Position numbers and translations under genes: made by a program
The notes under the pieces: generated by a model
What the model saw: only the letters and a program-made list of their open reading frames with translations
What the model was told of the DNA's origin: nothing
Database searches by the model: none
DNA from: Fibrobacteria bacterium
Lineage (GTDB): Bacteria; Fibrobacterota; Fibrobacteria; UBA11236; JADFYW01
Assembly: GCA_050294405.1 (NCBI GenBank)
Contig: JBNKOC010000028.1
Location: forward strand, 224,001-288,000
Reading direction: 5' to 3'
DNA: 64,000 nt
Shown here: positions 40,642 to 51,320 of the stretch, in pieces
Layout of the letters: each line of letters begins with the position of its first letter
How positions within the stretch are numbered: position 1 is the first letter of the stretch

Positions 40642-43600
40642 TGGCAGCACCTGAACCCTACTTCTTCGGAAGAAGTATTAATGACACTGGGAAAATCCAA
40701 ATTACAGGATGCCGCTGAGCCCTGATTAAAACTTCCTCCGGCTATAACATGGGCACCTTGTTGTACGTCTTCCACCCATTCCCATACATTACCAATTAAA
40801 TCAAACACACCTTCACTGGAGACGCAGCCGTTGTTTTTGTCTCCTTTGGCCCAGACATTTTTTCCTTCGGTGTTACAATTTTCAGGACTGTATTTATTTC
40901 CATAACCAAAATGATAAGTTTTGGAACTGTAACAGGCTGATTTCCATTCGGACAGTTTGCAAAGCCTTTTGCCTTTTTCAAGACATAACATTTGGGCTTC
41001 TGCCCAGTTGATTTCTGTTTCGGGAACCGCTTTACTATCGCTTACATACTCAACCTTGTCAATGCAAAACTGGCTGCTGTCAGTTAGCACTGCTACCATA
41101 TCTAATGGACAATTTGGATAAACTTTAATGTTATGGGTAATTGTTCCAGAAAGGTCGTCATCGTCTTTTACCTCCAATGTCACTTTTGCTATTTGAGGGA
41201 AGGTGTATTTTGTTGACGCGAAAGGTTCATTTGAAAAAGGCGTATCAAATACTCCATCGTTGTTAAAATCCCAGCGGAACTGTAAAATTTCGAAAGGAGT
41301 TTCTTTGTCGATACTTAAACGGGCATCAAAAGTAATTGGCTTTCCCGAATAGTTTTTCTTTTGTTTGGGCGAAAAGTTAGCTTCAGGCGGAAAGTTAATT
41401 CTATAACTGGCTTTTTGTTTGGGACCGTTATATCCAGTAATATCGGTGGCATAAAACCAAATATCCTTGGATTCCGAAACAATAAGGGGCCTTTTGTAAA
41501 TGGGCGATTTAGGCGAAAGAGAAACAGAGTCAAAGCTGAAATAAACCGTATTGCCTTCTTGAGATCCCAGTTCTATTGAAAGGACCGAATTATATTCTCC
41601 AGGAGGGGGGTCGACAGTAACATACGGGGAAAATAAATCCAACTCGTAAATACTAGTTTCATTATTAGCCCTGTCCACAGCAAAGTATTTTAAAACCTGC
41701 TTTACTTCTCGTTTGATGTTAACTCTCCAATCGGACAGCTTAACAATGGATCCGATTTGATTTGTGCCAGGGGTTTTTGGCGACGATTTATCAAGAGTGT
41801 AGTGTATTATGGCGGGTTCGCTTAACTTAAATATCAGAGTATAAGAACCGCCAATTAAAGATTTTTCCAATAGGGGAACGATTTGGGGGGCCTGCTTGTC
41901 GATAATATACATTTCCTCCCTTATGCCTTGCTCGTTGGAGTTTTCCATATAGTAACTAACAATGTATGTTCCTGAATATTTTAGCTCCAGAGGAGCCTGG
42001 TAAAAGGAATATTCTGGATTTAACTCCACTCCATCTTTTGACAGTTTGTAATATATTTCTCCCCGTTTTTGTGGCTTTAGGCTAATGTTTAGTGTCTTGT
42101 TATAAATACCCCCTGAAGGGCTTATAGCAATGGCGGGATTCAGAAAATCTGTAAGGGATACAGGCTCGCTGGTATTGTTTAATTTATCAATGGCAATAAA
42201 AGACAATTCACTGCCAGGCTTTACTTCTATTTCCTGGTTGTATTTTAAAGAATTACGACTGGGTTTTTGACCGTTTAAGCTGTAATAAATTTCAGCAGGT
42301 TCATTGGCTTCGAAAATTAAAAGGGAATTATCGGAAGTAGCCAATTTCTTGAGCCGGTATGTTACTTTGGGAGCTTTGGTGTCAATTAAAAACTCCAAAT
42401 CCTGTTTAGGTGTGGAATTGCCAGCCATATCTTTGGCATAAATATGCAACTTGTTTACCCCTTCTTTAGAAAGATCCAGTTTTAAGAAAGGGCCGGCCTG
42501 TGATTTTTGAAGGTGAGATGCCTCCTTTTCATTCAAGCTGTAAACAATTTGGCAGGCCTCATTACACCTAAACTCAATGGGTGTAGTTTTTGAAAATTCG
42601 TATTGATTAGGTGTAAATGTTAGTGTAGGCGGCTCAACATCGGAACTGGCTTTAAACCCGGCCAGAGGGGATTCGTTCCCGATGGTATCCACGGCGAAAA
42701 AACGTATGGGCAAAATGCCATCTTTAGGAAGCGGAATTGGCTTTTTGTATTTTTCACTTCCCAGGGTAGGAGTAGAGCCATCTGTAGTAAAAAATATGAC
42801 CCCTGGCTCGTTGGAACTGAGTTTTGCTGATTTGCTTTTTAAATCCACAAAGTATTTAACTGAAGGTGGGGTAGCATCTACGGTAATGTGATAGCTTTCT
42901 ATTTCGGACTTCATGTTGGCGATATTACTGGCGTAAATTCTGAGATGGTGTTTGCCTTCTCCCAATTGGATAAATTTTTCCACTGGCTTAAAGGCGGATT
43001 GGGGGGCGAGCGGGTCGGTAGTATAAAAGGCCTGTGTGGCTTTTTCCAGCTCAACTTGAAGCTTTGGTTCGTAGTTAAATTTTCTTTGCTGGGTGGTAAG
43101 ACGCGCTTTAGGAGGTTCCAAAAGAATGATGTATTTGGCGGAGTAAACATCTGTTGAAAAATTGTCGTTATAAACCACTTTATAATACAAGGTGCTGGTT
43201 TTATTTAGCATTATTTTCTGAGATTTATATGTTTGTAAGCCCTTGGGGTTATCCAAGGCGTATTGTATCTCCCCTTTTTTTAATTTCGGAAAACTGATGA
43301 AAATAACAGAATCGTAAATTCCCTCCGGTAAGCTTGGTTCAGGCAAATCTTGCGAATAGCCTTTGGGGGGGGTTAGCTTAAATTGAAAAGGTCCGAAAAA
43401 TTTTTCTTCTCCCAAAGGGTTTTCATACAAGAACCTAATAGAATAGTTTTTTGGAGATCGGAGCCTTATAATTCCCTTATAGAGGCTGCTGTTTTTACTG
43501 GGGACTTCCCCATTTACATCGTAGTAAAGTTTTCCTTCGTAAATCGTTAATATTTTAATATTAAGAGGCGCCGGGTAACTTCCTGGTTTTTGATCCAACT

Positions 43601-43703
43601 CCAGAGAATCCAGGCGGCTGCCATAACTGTTTTGGGTTATAAACAAGCCCAGCCAGATTAAAGTGGCTATTTTTGCAAAGGATGTTAATTTAAACTTTGG
43701 CAT
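40638..43703 (-). CDS. Exported protein: CHB_HEX_C/FN3-associated Ig repeats, PKD domain, FGE-sulfatase (SUMF1-like) domain
   Basis: Repeated P.GG.Y and I.YT.DG..P units; FRWDFNNDG; CIDKVE..GVFDLIGNVWEW..GFRCC. Confidence 0.75.
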   Translation of the reverse strand: MPKFKLTSFAKIATLIWLGLFITQNSYGSRLDSLELDQKPGSYPAPLNIKILTIYEGKLYYDVNGEVPSKNSSLYKGIIRLRSPKNYSIRFLYENPLGEEKFFGPFQFKLTPPKGYSQDLPEPSLPEGIYDSVIFISFPKLKKGEIQYALDNPKGLQTYKSQKIMLNKTSTLYYKVVYNDNFSTDVYSAKYIILLEPPKARLTTQQRKFNYEPKLQVELEKATQAFYTTDPLAPQSAFKPVEKFIQLGEGKHHLRIYASNIANMKSEIESYHITVDATPPSVKYFVDLKSKSAKLSSNEPGVIFFTTDGSTPTLGSEKYKKPIPLPKDGILPIRFFAVDTIGNESPLAGFKASSDVEPPTLTFTPNQYEFSKTTPIEFRCNEACQIVYSLNEKEASHLQKSQAGPFLKLDLSKEGVNKLHIYAKDMAGNSTPKQDLEFLIDTKAPKVTYRLKKLATSDNSLLIFEANEPAEIYYSLNGQKPSRNSLKYNQEIEVKPGSELSFIAIDKLNNTSEPVSLTDFLNPAIAISPSGGIYNKTLNISLKPQKRGEIYYKLSKDGVELNPEYSFYQAPLELKYSGTYIVSYYMENSNEQGIREEMYIIDKQAPQIVPLLEKSLIGGSYTLIFKLSEPAIIHYTLDKSSPKTPGTNQIGSIVKLSDWRVNIKREVKQVLKYFAVDRANNETSIYELDLFSPYVTVDPPPGEYNSVLSIELGSQEGNTVYFSFDSVSLSPKSPIYKRPLIVSESKDIWFYATDITGYNGPKQKASYRINFPPEANFSPKQKKNYSGKPITFDARLSIDKETPFEILQFRWDFNNDGVFDTPFSNEPFASTKYTFPQIAKVTLEVKDDDDLSGTITHNIKVYPNCPLDMVAVLTDSSQFCIDKVEYVSDSKAVPETEINWAEAQMLCLEKGKRLCKLSEWKSACYSSKTYHFGYGNKYSPENCNTEGKNVWAKGDKNNGCVSSEGVFDLIGNVWEWVEDVQQGAHVIAGGSFNQGSAASCNLDFPSVINTSSEEVGFRCCQ

Positions 43704-45904
43704 CAATAACTTATTAAATTGTCAATATCCTTTTGAACCAGCGCTTTGTCTTCTTCCGATTCCACAACCAATAGGGCTTTTTCCAATAGCATTTTTGCTT
43801 CGTCTTTATTTACTTGTACCAGTCTTTTGTATTTGGCCAGATAATAATAACATTCCCAGTTACGGGGTAAGTTTTTAACAGCCTCTTCCAGGTAAAAATT
43901 GGCCAGGGAGTCGGCTCCAATTCTTCTGGTTCTTCCCAGTACAATTTGCTCTGTGAAGGATTTGCCCAGTATCAATTGCGCCTGTGGGGCGACCTCTTCA
44001 TACCGCAATAGTTTTTCACTAACATCGATTGCTTCCTTAAAATATTTATTTTCAAAATAACTGGAAGAAAGCTCTAACTGAATATCGGGAGAGTTGGTAA
44101 AGTGTTCGGCCACATATTTCCATTGCTCCGTTGCAGACCTATCGTCTTTTTCCACAATAAAGCACTTGGCTAAAAGCAGACGTTGTCTATAGGCAGATGG
44201 GTTTTGATCGATAATTTCCATTAAATAGTTTATAGCTTCCGTATTTTCCCGCAAATTTATGGCGTGGTAGGCCAGGCGTGTTAAGGCCGAAACATTTTCC
44301 GGATCCAGTTCTAAAATTTTATTTAGGAGTTCATACTCTTTTTGAACTTTTTTTTGTGCCGAGTACACCTGGCTTAAATTCAAAAGTATTACGGTATCTG
44401 CCTGAGTTAGGCTCATAGCTTTTTTAAAATACCTTTCAGCGGCCTGATAGTTTTTAAGGTTTAATTCCAGGGCCCCTAAATTGACCAATGCGGGAACAAA
44501 TTCGGGATTGTCTTTTAAGGCTAATTCCAAATATTTTTTTCCTATTTCTTTGGATTTGCCTTGGGACAATTCCAGGGCGGCTAAATTAACATATGAGTCC
44601 ACAGTACCCATATCCAGATCGACATTGGCTTTAAAAAGGTTTTGGGCTTTCTCCAGCCATCCCAGTTTTTGATAACATATGCCTAAATTTATGCGGGCCG
44701 GGTAGAAATCAGGAAATTTGCTGAGCAGGTTGCTAAAAATGGAAATGGCCTCGTCCATGTTATTACTTTCCCGCAGGGTTATTCCATAATAGAGGCGATA
44801 CATTTTGTTACTGGGCGCAAATTCCACCAATTTTTGAAAATAGGGTATGGCGCTTTGGTAGTCTCCGTTAATGCTGTAAAGTTCGCCCAGGGTTAAATAG
44901 TATTCCAACACGGATGGGTTCACATGTATGGCAGATATAACGTAGGAAATACCCCTTGTAGCGGCGCCAATTTCCTTGTAATAGTTGCCATAGGCGAATT
45001 CCAAATCGGCTACCGGTTCCGAATGAAACTGCTTGGCTAGCTTAAGGGATTCAAAGGCTTGTTGGGATTTCCCTTTTTTTAATAAGAGATTGGCTTTTAA
45101 AATTTCAATTTGCCAGGAAATAGGGTGGCCAGCATCATAGGGAAAATTAAGCTTTTTAATGGCGCTGTCGATGCGTCCTGTTTTGTAATGACTCAAGGAT
45201 AAAAAATATTGGGCCTCCACAAAATTGGAGTCCAGTTCAAGAGCCCTTTCCAGGGGGTAAAAGGCCTTCTTGTAATTTTTGTGAATGATGTATCGATAAC
45301 CCAGGGCAAAACAACCATAGGCGGACAGGTTTTGGGAAGGCGCCTTTTCGATAAAATCATAAACCTTGGGAGAACTCTCTTTAAATTCCTGGTAAATTTT
45401 TTCCACCACAGAGATAATAAATTGGGAAGGGGAATTCGCAGGGCCTTTTAAAACTATGGTTTTGGCAGATAGGCTATCCCCTTTTGGTAAAAAGGTGATT
45501 TTTGCCCGGAGCTCCTGGTTTTCCAATTTATAAAGAGTGTTTACCAAATAATCCAGCTTCAAATTTTCGGAAACCATTACCAGGCATTCTCTGGGTTCTT
45601 TGTATGGGCAATTGTCCAGCAACTCGTTTAGTTGTTCGGGATGTGGGGCGTACAGTTTTTTGGTGTAATGGCTGGATTGGTAAAAACGCTCTTCAATAGC
45701 AGCCCCAATCCAAAGTAAATGGGCTGTGGTGGAAACAAGTCTGGGGGGAAGTAGCCCCAGCCCGAGGGCAGATGAAGGAAGGTCTTTTGTAAATTCCACA
45801 GGGTTAAGAGGCTTAGACCAGGATTTTTCCAAAGTCAGAACCAGGCAAAACAAAAAAATTGCCCCCCTGGGTATGGCGCTCTTTCCCAATATGCTAACTT
45901 TCAT
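43703..45904 (-). CDS. Exported TPR protein
   Basis: Canonical TPRs (ALELDSNFVEA, INLG). Likely start is ATG 45904, because the longer ORF overlaps murJ. Confidence 0.75.
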   Translation of the reverse strand: MKVSILGKSAIPRGAIFLFCLVLTLEKSWSKPLNPVEFTKDLPSSALGLGLLPPRLVSTTAHLLWIGAAIEERFYQSSHYTKKLYAPHPEQLNELLDNCPYKEPRECLVMVSENLKLDYLVNTLYKLENQELRAKITFLPKGDSLSAKTIVLKGPANSPSQFIISVVEKIYQEFKESSPKVYDFIEKAPSQNLSAYGCFALGYRYIIHKNYKKAFYPLERALELDSNFVEAQYFLSLSHYKTGRIDSAIKKLNFPYDAGHPISWQIEILKANLLLKKGKSQQAFESLKLAKQFHSEPVADLEFAYGNYYKEIGAATRGISYVISAIHVNPSVLEYYLTLGELYSINGDYQSAIPYFQKLVEFAPSNKMYRLYYGITLRESNNMDEAISIFSNLLSKFPDFYPARINLGICYQKLGWLEKAQNLFKANVDLDMGTVDSYVNLAALELSQGKSKEIGKKYLELALKDNPEFVPALVNLGALELNLKNYQAAERYFKKAMSLTQADTVILLNLSQVYSAQKKVQKEYELLNKILELDPENVSALTRLAYHAINLRENTEAINYLMEIIDQNPSAYRQRLLLAKCFIVEKDDRSATEQWKYVAEHFTNSPDIQLELSSSYFENKYFKEAIDVSEKLLRYEEVAPQAQLILGKSFTEQIVLGRTRRIGADSLANFYLEEAVKNLPRNWECYYYLAKYKRLVQVNKDEAKMLLEKALLVVESEEDKALVQKDIDNLISY

Positions 45905-45974
45905 TTTCCCGGAAAATAAATTTCTACGGTGATTAAAAGGACAATGCTTTTCTATTATCTTAAACCGAACACAA

Positions 45975-47543
45975 ATGGCTAGTACTAGTTCAAAAATCCG
46001 CAGAGGAACCATTATTATTGCTGTCTCAGTAGTGCTGAGTCGTGTGTTGGGTATTCTAAGAGAAGTTTTAATAGCAGGTCTTGTGGGCATTGATGTTCAA
46101 AAAAATGCCTATGACTTGGCATTTTTGCTTCCAGATATTATTAATCATTTAATATCTACGGGGTATTTGTCTATAACTTTTATACCCATTTTTACCGGCT
46201 TTCTTGTTAAAGATGAATCCGAGCGGGCTTGGAAATTTTTTTCCAACATTTTAAATGTGCTTGGGCTAGCCCTAATAGTTCTTTCCATTTTTGCCTGGAT
46301 TTTTGCTAAGGAATTTATTTTGCTTCTGGCCTCTTCCAACCCAGATGCGGACACTTTGCAATTGGCCGTGCGGTTTTCCAGAATAGTCATTCCCGCTCAG
46401 GCCTTTTTCTTTTATGGCGCCATTTTTACGGCTATTCAACACATTCAGCAAAGGTTCTTTTTACCCTCTTTAATCGGGCTTATTTATAATCTTTCCATAA
46501 TACTCGGGGGAGTAATTGGAGCCAGGCATGGTTTGGAAGGCTTTGCCTGGGGGGTTTTGGCTGGCGCTTTTGTTGGAAGTTTCGCACTGCAAATTTTCGG
46601 AGCTGTAAAAGCCAAAGCCAAATTTTATTTTGTGTTCAAGCCCCGGGATAAAGACTTGCTGCGCTTTTTAAAAATCACCATTCCCCTGGTTTTAGGGCTG
46701 GGTGCTGTATTTACCATGGAGTTTGTGTACCGTTCTTTTGGCAGCCAATTTGGGCAAGAAGGCATAGCCCTTCTTAGCTATTCCTACCGCATCATGTTCA
46801 CTTTGGTGGCTGTTTTTGGCTTTGCCATTGGGGTGGCCTCTTATCCCACCTTGGCAAAAATGGCTAAAAACGAAGAATATGTGGAAATAAATTTTATTCT
46901 CTACGACACCTTAATAAAAATTTTGGCCTTACTTGCCCCGACTTTTCTGGTTTTTTGGTTTGGCGCCGAACAAATTGTCCATCTGTTGTTTAAGCGGGGA
47001 GCTTTTGACGCAGATGCAGTAGTTGAAGTGGCCGGGCTTTTGAAGTGGTATATGTGGGGAGTTTTTGCCATGAGCTCCCAAATATTGGTGGTACGCTGTT
47101 TTTATGCCTTTGAAAAAACCTGGCTGCCTGCTATTGTAAACACCCTGCTTTTTGCTGTTTTTTTGCCTTTTTATCCGTATTTTGGTCAAAAATACGGAAT
47201 CCAAGCGGTGCCTATTTTATCTGTAATCAGCTCTTCATTGCAGGTGTTTGTGCTGTTGGGTTATTGGATACGTTTTTCGGGCTGGGCTCATTTTCCCGGA
47301 TTTATCTGGAATACTTTAAAAATTGCCCTTTGTTTTGGAATAGGCTTTATTGCCTTGGCCCTCATTATGCGACCTATGGATGATTTTTTGGCCTACCCCC
47401 ATTTTATTTTATTTGTTTATCTGAGTGTTTTTTCTGTGGCTGTCTTTGGACTCCAATTTATTTTACAATTGCTTTTTAAAGTATCTTGTACCCGAGAGAT
47501 GATTTTGGTAGTTCTTAAAAGAGCAGGGATTATCCACCACTAG
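45975..47543 (+). CDS. murJ: Lipid II flippase
   Basis: SRVLGILRE..AFLLPD..TFIPIF; multi-TM protein. Confidence 0.9.
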   Translation: MASTSSKIRRGTIIIAVSVVLSRVLGILREVLIAGLVGIDVQKNAYDLAFLLPDIINHLISTGYLSITFIPIFTGFLVKDESERAWKFFSNILNVLGLALIVLSIFAWIFAKEFILLLASSNPDADTLQLAVRFSRIVIPAQAFFFYGAIFTAIQHIQQRFFLPSLIGLIYNLSIILGGVIGARHGLEGFAWGVLAGAFVGSFALQIFGAVKAKAKFYFVFKPRDKDLLRFLKITIPLVLGLGAVFTMEFVYRSFGSQFGQEGIALLSYSYRIMFTLVAVFGFAIGVASYPTLAKMAKNEEYVEINFILYDTLIKILALLAPTFLVFWFGAEQIVHLLFKRGAFDADAVVEVAGLLKWYMWGVFAMSSQILVVRCFYAFEKTWLPAIVNTLLFAVFLPFYPYFGQKYGIQAVPILSVISSSLQVFVLLGYWIRFSGWAHFPGFIWNTLKIALCFGIGFIALALIMRPMDDFLAYPHFILFVYLSVFSVAVFGLQFILQLLFKVSCTREMILVVLKRAGIIHH

Positions 47544-47556
47544 AGGGAATGTTTTG

Positions 47557-49401
47557 ATGATTGTTAAATCCGGATTGTGTTTTCATGTTAACAGTGCTTT
47601 GGTGATTTTTTTTCTGGTTTTGAGCAATGCCCAAGGGGCTAAAACCAAAACCTGGGATTCCATACTAAACAGCTATCAATCGGGGAACTTAACCCAGTTA
47701 AAAGGCCAAATAGATAAAATCAGCAATTGGAAAAAAAAGCCCAGTTATTATCGCGAGGCCCTGATAGTGGGTATTGATAGCCACCTGCGCAATGGAAAAA
47801 CCGATGAGGCCAGGCGATACTTAAAAATGTATCGGGTGGAATATTCGGATACTGTATACAACGACAGGGTACTTTATTACGAATCCATTCTTTTATTAAA
47901 AGAAGGTTTGTTATTTCCTGCGGCACAAAATCTGGTTCAGATTATTAACAATACCAGCTCCAAGACCATGTTTGAATTTGCTAAAAGCCACTTAATGGAA
48001 TTAAGCCAAAAATCATTATTGGATGAAGGCGAAATTCAGTCGATTTTGGAAGAACTAAAATTTGATGAAGAATTAATATCTCAAATTTTATTTGATCTGG
48101 CCTCCCGACAAGAGGAGAAAAGCAGATACAAGGCGGCCGCAATAACCTATGATATGTGGCTGCACTATTTCAAAGGCAACCCTCAAACCAGCGCGGTAAA
48201 GAGCAAGTTGAGAAAGCTCAAGGGTAAAAAAGGGCCTCACCAGACTATTCTTGTGATGGCTCCCATCACAGGCATATACATGGATGTGGGCAAGGCTTTG
48301 GTCCAGGGCGTGCTTTTGCCCTTGGAAAACCTCAAAGAAAAATTTCCCGATTTGCAGTACAAAATCATTGATACGGAAGGCGACCCTTTAAAGACAGTTA
48401 AAAAGCTGCGCAGAAATCTTCAGGAAGAAAATGTGGTGGGCATTATTGGCCCTGCCATGAGTGATGTATGTATTGCTGTTGCGGTGGAACTAAGCAGCAA
48501 ACGCAGTAAAATTCCTATGGTAACGCCCACCGCTACCACCGAGGGAATAAGCGACTTAGGCCCCGGGATATTTCAGCTCAATGTTACTACCTATGCCTTG
48601 GGAAAAAAAATATCCGATTATGCTTTTAAATGTTTGAATCTAAAGGAATACGCTATTTTAGCCCCTAATTCAGACTACGGTATCGGACTTGCCAACTCCT
48701 TTAGTGAAAATATTGAATCCATGGGGGGACAGGTTATCGCCCATGAATATTACGATCCCGGAGCAAAAGATTACACCGGGCATTTTAATGTGATCCGCCA
48801 TAGAAAGGTTAAATCCGAATTAAAAAAACTGAATTTGCTAAGTCCTTCCGGAGATCCAAAAATAACAGATAGGGAACTTTCCAAGTGGTATGAAGATTCG
48901 GTTCTTAATATTGAAGGGTTGTTTATCGCCGCTTCCGATGGAGAGGAGGCCCAAAAACTGGCTTCCCAATCCCGTTTTCACAAATTAAAATCATACATAT
49001 TGGGTTCCAGCGGATGGCACGATAAGGGTTTGTTTTTAAACGGAATGAGAAACTTAACCGGGGTCGTTTTCAGCCTGGAATTTTTTGCAGATGAGGATAC
49101 AGAAGTCTGGAAAAAGTTTTCCACGGATTACAGAAAGCGCTGGTCTGAAAGCCCCAACAAGGTGGCTGGACTGGGTTACGATGCAGCTTTGTTTGTGGAA
49201 CAGGGGCTGCTAAAATCCCGGAACCCCGAAGATTTGTATTCCTCTCTTAGGAACGTTCAAAGTTTTCAGGGAACAAGAGGTAACATAACCATGGATACCC
49301 GTTACGGGTACAACAAGTCTTCTTCCCTGGTGCAAATAGAAAAACGCGGTTTTAAGCAAATCGAAGGTTGTGAAGAAAACGCTAAGGCGTCAGCGAAGTG
49401 A
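47557..49401 (+). CDS. LpoA/LppC-like periplasmic binding-fold protein with N-terminal TPR
   Basis: MAPITG, IIDT, IIGP, DYG..LA..F, LGYDA. Confidence 0.7.
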   Translation: MIVKSGLCFHVNSALVIFFLVLSNAQGAKTKTWDSILNSYQSGNLTQLKGQIDKISNWKKKPSYYREALIVGIDSHLRNGKTDEARRYLKMYRVEYSDTVYNDRVLYYESILLLKEGLLFPAAQNLVQIINNTSSKTMFEFAKSHLMELSQKSLLDEGEIQSILEELKFDEELISQILFDLASRQEEKSRYKAAAITYDMWLHYFKGNPQTSAVKSKLRKLKGKKGPHQTILVMAPITGIYMDVGKALVQGVLLPLENLKEKFPDLQYKIIDTEGDPLKTVKKLRRNLQEENVVGIIGPAMSDVCIAVAVELSSKRSKIPMVTPTATTEGISDLGPGIFQLNVTTYALGKKISDYAFKCLNLKEYAILAPNSDYGIGLANSFSENIESMGGQVIAHEYYDPGAKDYTGHFNVIRHRKVKSELKKLNLLSPSGDPKITDRELSKWYEDSVLNIEGLFIAASDGEEAQKLASQSRFHKLKSYILGSSGWHDKGLFLNGMRNLTGVVFSLEFFADEDTEVWKKFSTDYRKRWSESPNKVAGLGYDAALFVEQGLLKSRNPEDLYSSLRNVQSFQGTRGNITMDTRYGYNKSSSLVQIEKRGFKQIEGCEENAKASAK

Positions 49402-50437
49402 AATGATTTTTCATATTTTCACTAAGATGCTGGTTGCCTGCTGAATCCACAATAAAAACCTCATACTCATCGCTGGACGCAGCCCATTTTAGGACACTGT
49501 CTATGGGCTGTAAAAAGAAATAAGTGGCATAATAATCTGCCCACAAGGCATTTTTGGCAAGCACAGTGAGGCTTTGTTTGTCAGTAATGGGCTCTCCGGT
49601 TATGGCATTTATCAGGTGGTGCCATCTTTTTCCATCCATCATTTTATAATTTTCATAATCTCCCGATGTTGCCAGACCAAAGAGCTTATCAGAGGTGGAT
49701 TGTACCACTCCAATCAAGTTTTTGTTTTCATTGGGCCTTGGGTTTTGAATGCCGATTTTCCATGCATCTCCAGAGCGGTTATGCCCTTTTAAAGCCAAGT
49801 CTCCTCCGGCATTAATGAGGTAATTTTCAATTCCGGCTTCATCAAACATTTTTTGCAGTACCATTATGCCATAACCTTTCACAATGGCTCCCATGCTAAC
49901 ATGCAGAGAATCCACCTCTAAAGAAAGGCTGGAGTCTTTTTGATTAAACTGGAAAAAAGATGTTTGTAAAATTTGAATTAAGCTGTCTTTTGGATAGATG
50001 GATTTTTCAGGTTCCCCCTCCCGCAAGTCGTAGTGTATTAGCCATTCGGACGAACCCAGTGAAAAATTGGGGATACCTTTTTCCTTATTTTCTTTAAGTC
50101 TCTCTAACATAAATTCAAATAAGGCATAGATTTCAGAAGGAATTTTTACAGATGTATGTTTGGGGCTGGATTTTAATTTGTAAAAGGGATGCCAGCTATT
50201 GGACTCTGAAAAAGAGGAATCAAACCAGTTTATGGCGCTGTCCAGCATTTCCGATGTAAGTTGGGGGGCTTCACTATTGTCGTACCAGGTGCACTCAATG
50301 TAGGTGTGGTAACCCATTTTGGAAAAGCTGTGCCAGCCCGGAACTTCCTGATGTGGCTTTCGGGTAAATATTACAATGGCTATTAATATGGCTACAATGG
50401 CAAAGCCAAAACTTCGTTTTTTGAAATAATTAATCAT
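49382..50437 (-). CDS. apbE: FAD:protein FMN transferase
   Basis: GAIVKGY, INAGGD, WKIGIQNP, ATSGDYE, HHLI. Confidence 0.9.
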   Translation of the reverse strand: MINYFKKRSFGFAIVAILIAIVIFTRKPHQEVPGWHSFSKMGYHTYIECTWYDNSEAPQLTSEMLDSAINWFDSSFSESNSWHPFYKLKSSPKHTSVKIPSEIYALFEFMLERLKENKEKGIPNFSLGSSEWLIHYDLREGEPEKSIYPKDSLIQILQTSFFQFNQKDSSLSLEVDSLHVSMGAIVKGYGIMVLQKMFDEAGIENYLINAGGDLALKGHNRSGDAWKIGIQNPRPNENKNLIGVVQSTSDKLFGLATSGDYENYKMMDGKRWHHLINAITGEPITDKQSLTVLAKNALWADYYATYFFLQPIDSVLKWAASSDEYEVFIVDSAGNQHLSENMKNHFTSLTP

Positions 50438-50473
50438 GGGGCTGGGCAAAAACAAATAAGGCTTTGAGAAGCG

Positions 50474-50965
50474 CTAATATTCGGAAATATTGTTTGTCTC
50501 CAAGGTTTTTTCGCTTCTCTTTTCGGGCTCCATGGCCTGGAGCCAATCCATTTGACTTTGTAAAAAGTTTTTAAAGCGGATAAAATAGTTGAGCTTTTGA
50601 GTTTCCAAAGTGTTGATTTCTGATTTTAAGGATTTGACCCTTGTCACATATTCATCTAATTCCGTATTGGCTTTTAGTTTGGCCTCTTGCAAAATCAATT
50701 TTGCCTCTTGTTCTGCTTCCCGGCGTTTTTCCTCCAGGGTATTTTGCATGGTCACTACAGCATCCTGAAGGGTTTTTTCAATGAGCTTAAAATGATTGAG
50801 CCGCTCTTCAGTGAGTTTAAGTTTTTCAGAAAGCTGCTTGTTTTCTTTTATTTGTGTTTCCAATTCATCTGCAATGGAATCCAGAGAGGTTTTAACTTCA
50901 GCAGGATCAAAGCCCCGCATTTTCCTGTTGAACTCCAGTTTGCGAATATCCAGTGGCGTTATCAT
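50474..50965 (-). CDS. divIVA: DivIVA domain protein
   Basis: ITPLDI...F...RGFD..EV followed by a coiled coil. Confidence 0.88.
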   Translation of the reverse strand: MITPLDIRKLEFNRKMRGFDPAEVKTSLDSIADELETQIKENKQLSEKLKLTEERLNHFKLIEKTLQDAVVTMQNTLEEKRREAEQEAKLILQEAKLKANTELDEYVTRVKSLKSEINTLETQKLNYFIRFKNFLQSQMDWLQAMEPEKRSEKTLETNNISEY

Positions 50966-50974
50966 AAGCTCATC

Positions 50975-51220
50975 CTAAAGAATTACAACAATTAACTTGG
51001 CAATAACCTTTATTGCAAGAATGGAAACGATGTAAGAAAAATCAAAACCCTGCATTGTGGGCAAATACCTTCGGGCAATATTTAATACAGGGTTGGTAAC
51101 ATCTTTAATACGTAAAAACCAGCCCGAATTTTGATACTGGCTGAGTAAGCCTTCCACCACCCAGCGCACTAAGAACAACAAAACGTAAATATTGGCAGCA
51201 AATTCAATTAGTTTACCCAT
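50975..51220 (-). CDS. yggT: YggT family membrane protein
   Basis: TNPVL..RRYLP...FDFS; located between yggS and divIVA. Confidence 0.8.
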   Translation of the reverse strand: MGKLIEFAANIYVLLFLVRWVVEGLLSQYQNSGWFLRIKDVTNPVLNIARRYLPTMQGFDFSYIVSILAIKVIAKLIVVIL

Positions 51221-51320
51221 TTCAATCCATTCCTATTCCAGTTTTACTGTTTCTGTTCTTAGTAATATAGTGTTTTCCCCTCGAATTGCGATAGTAAAAT
51301 GGAATTCCGGGAGTCTTGGC

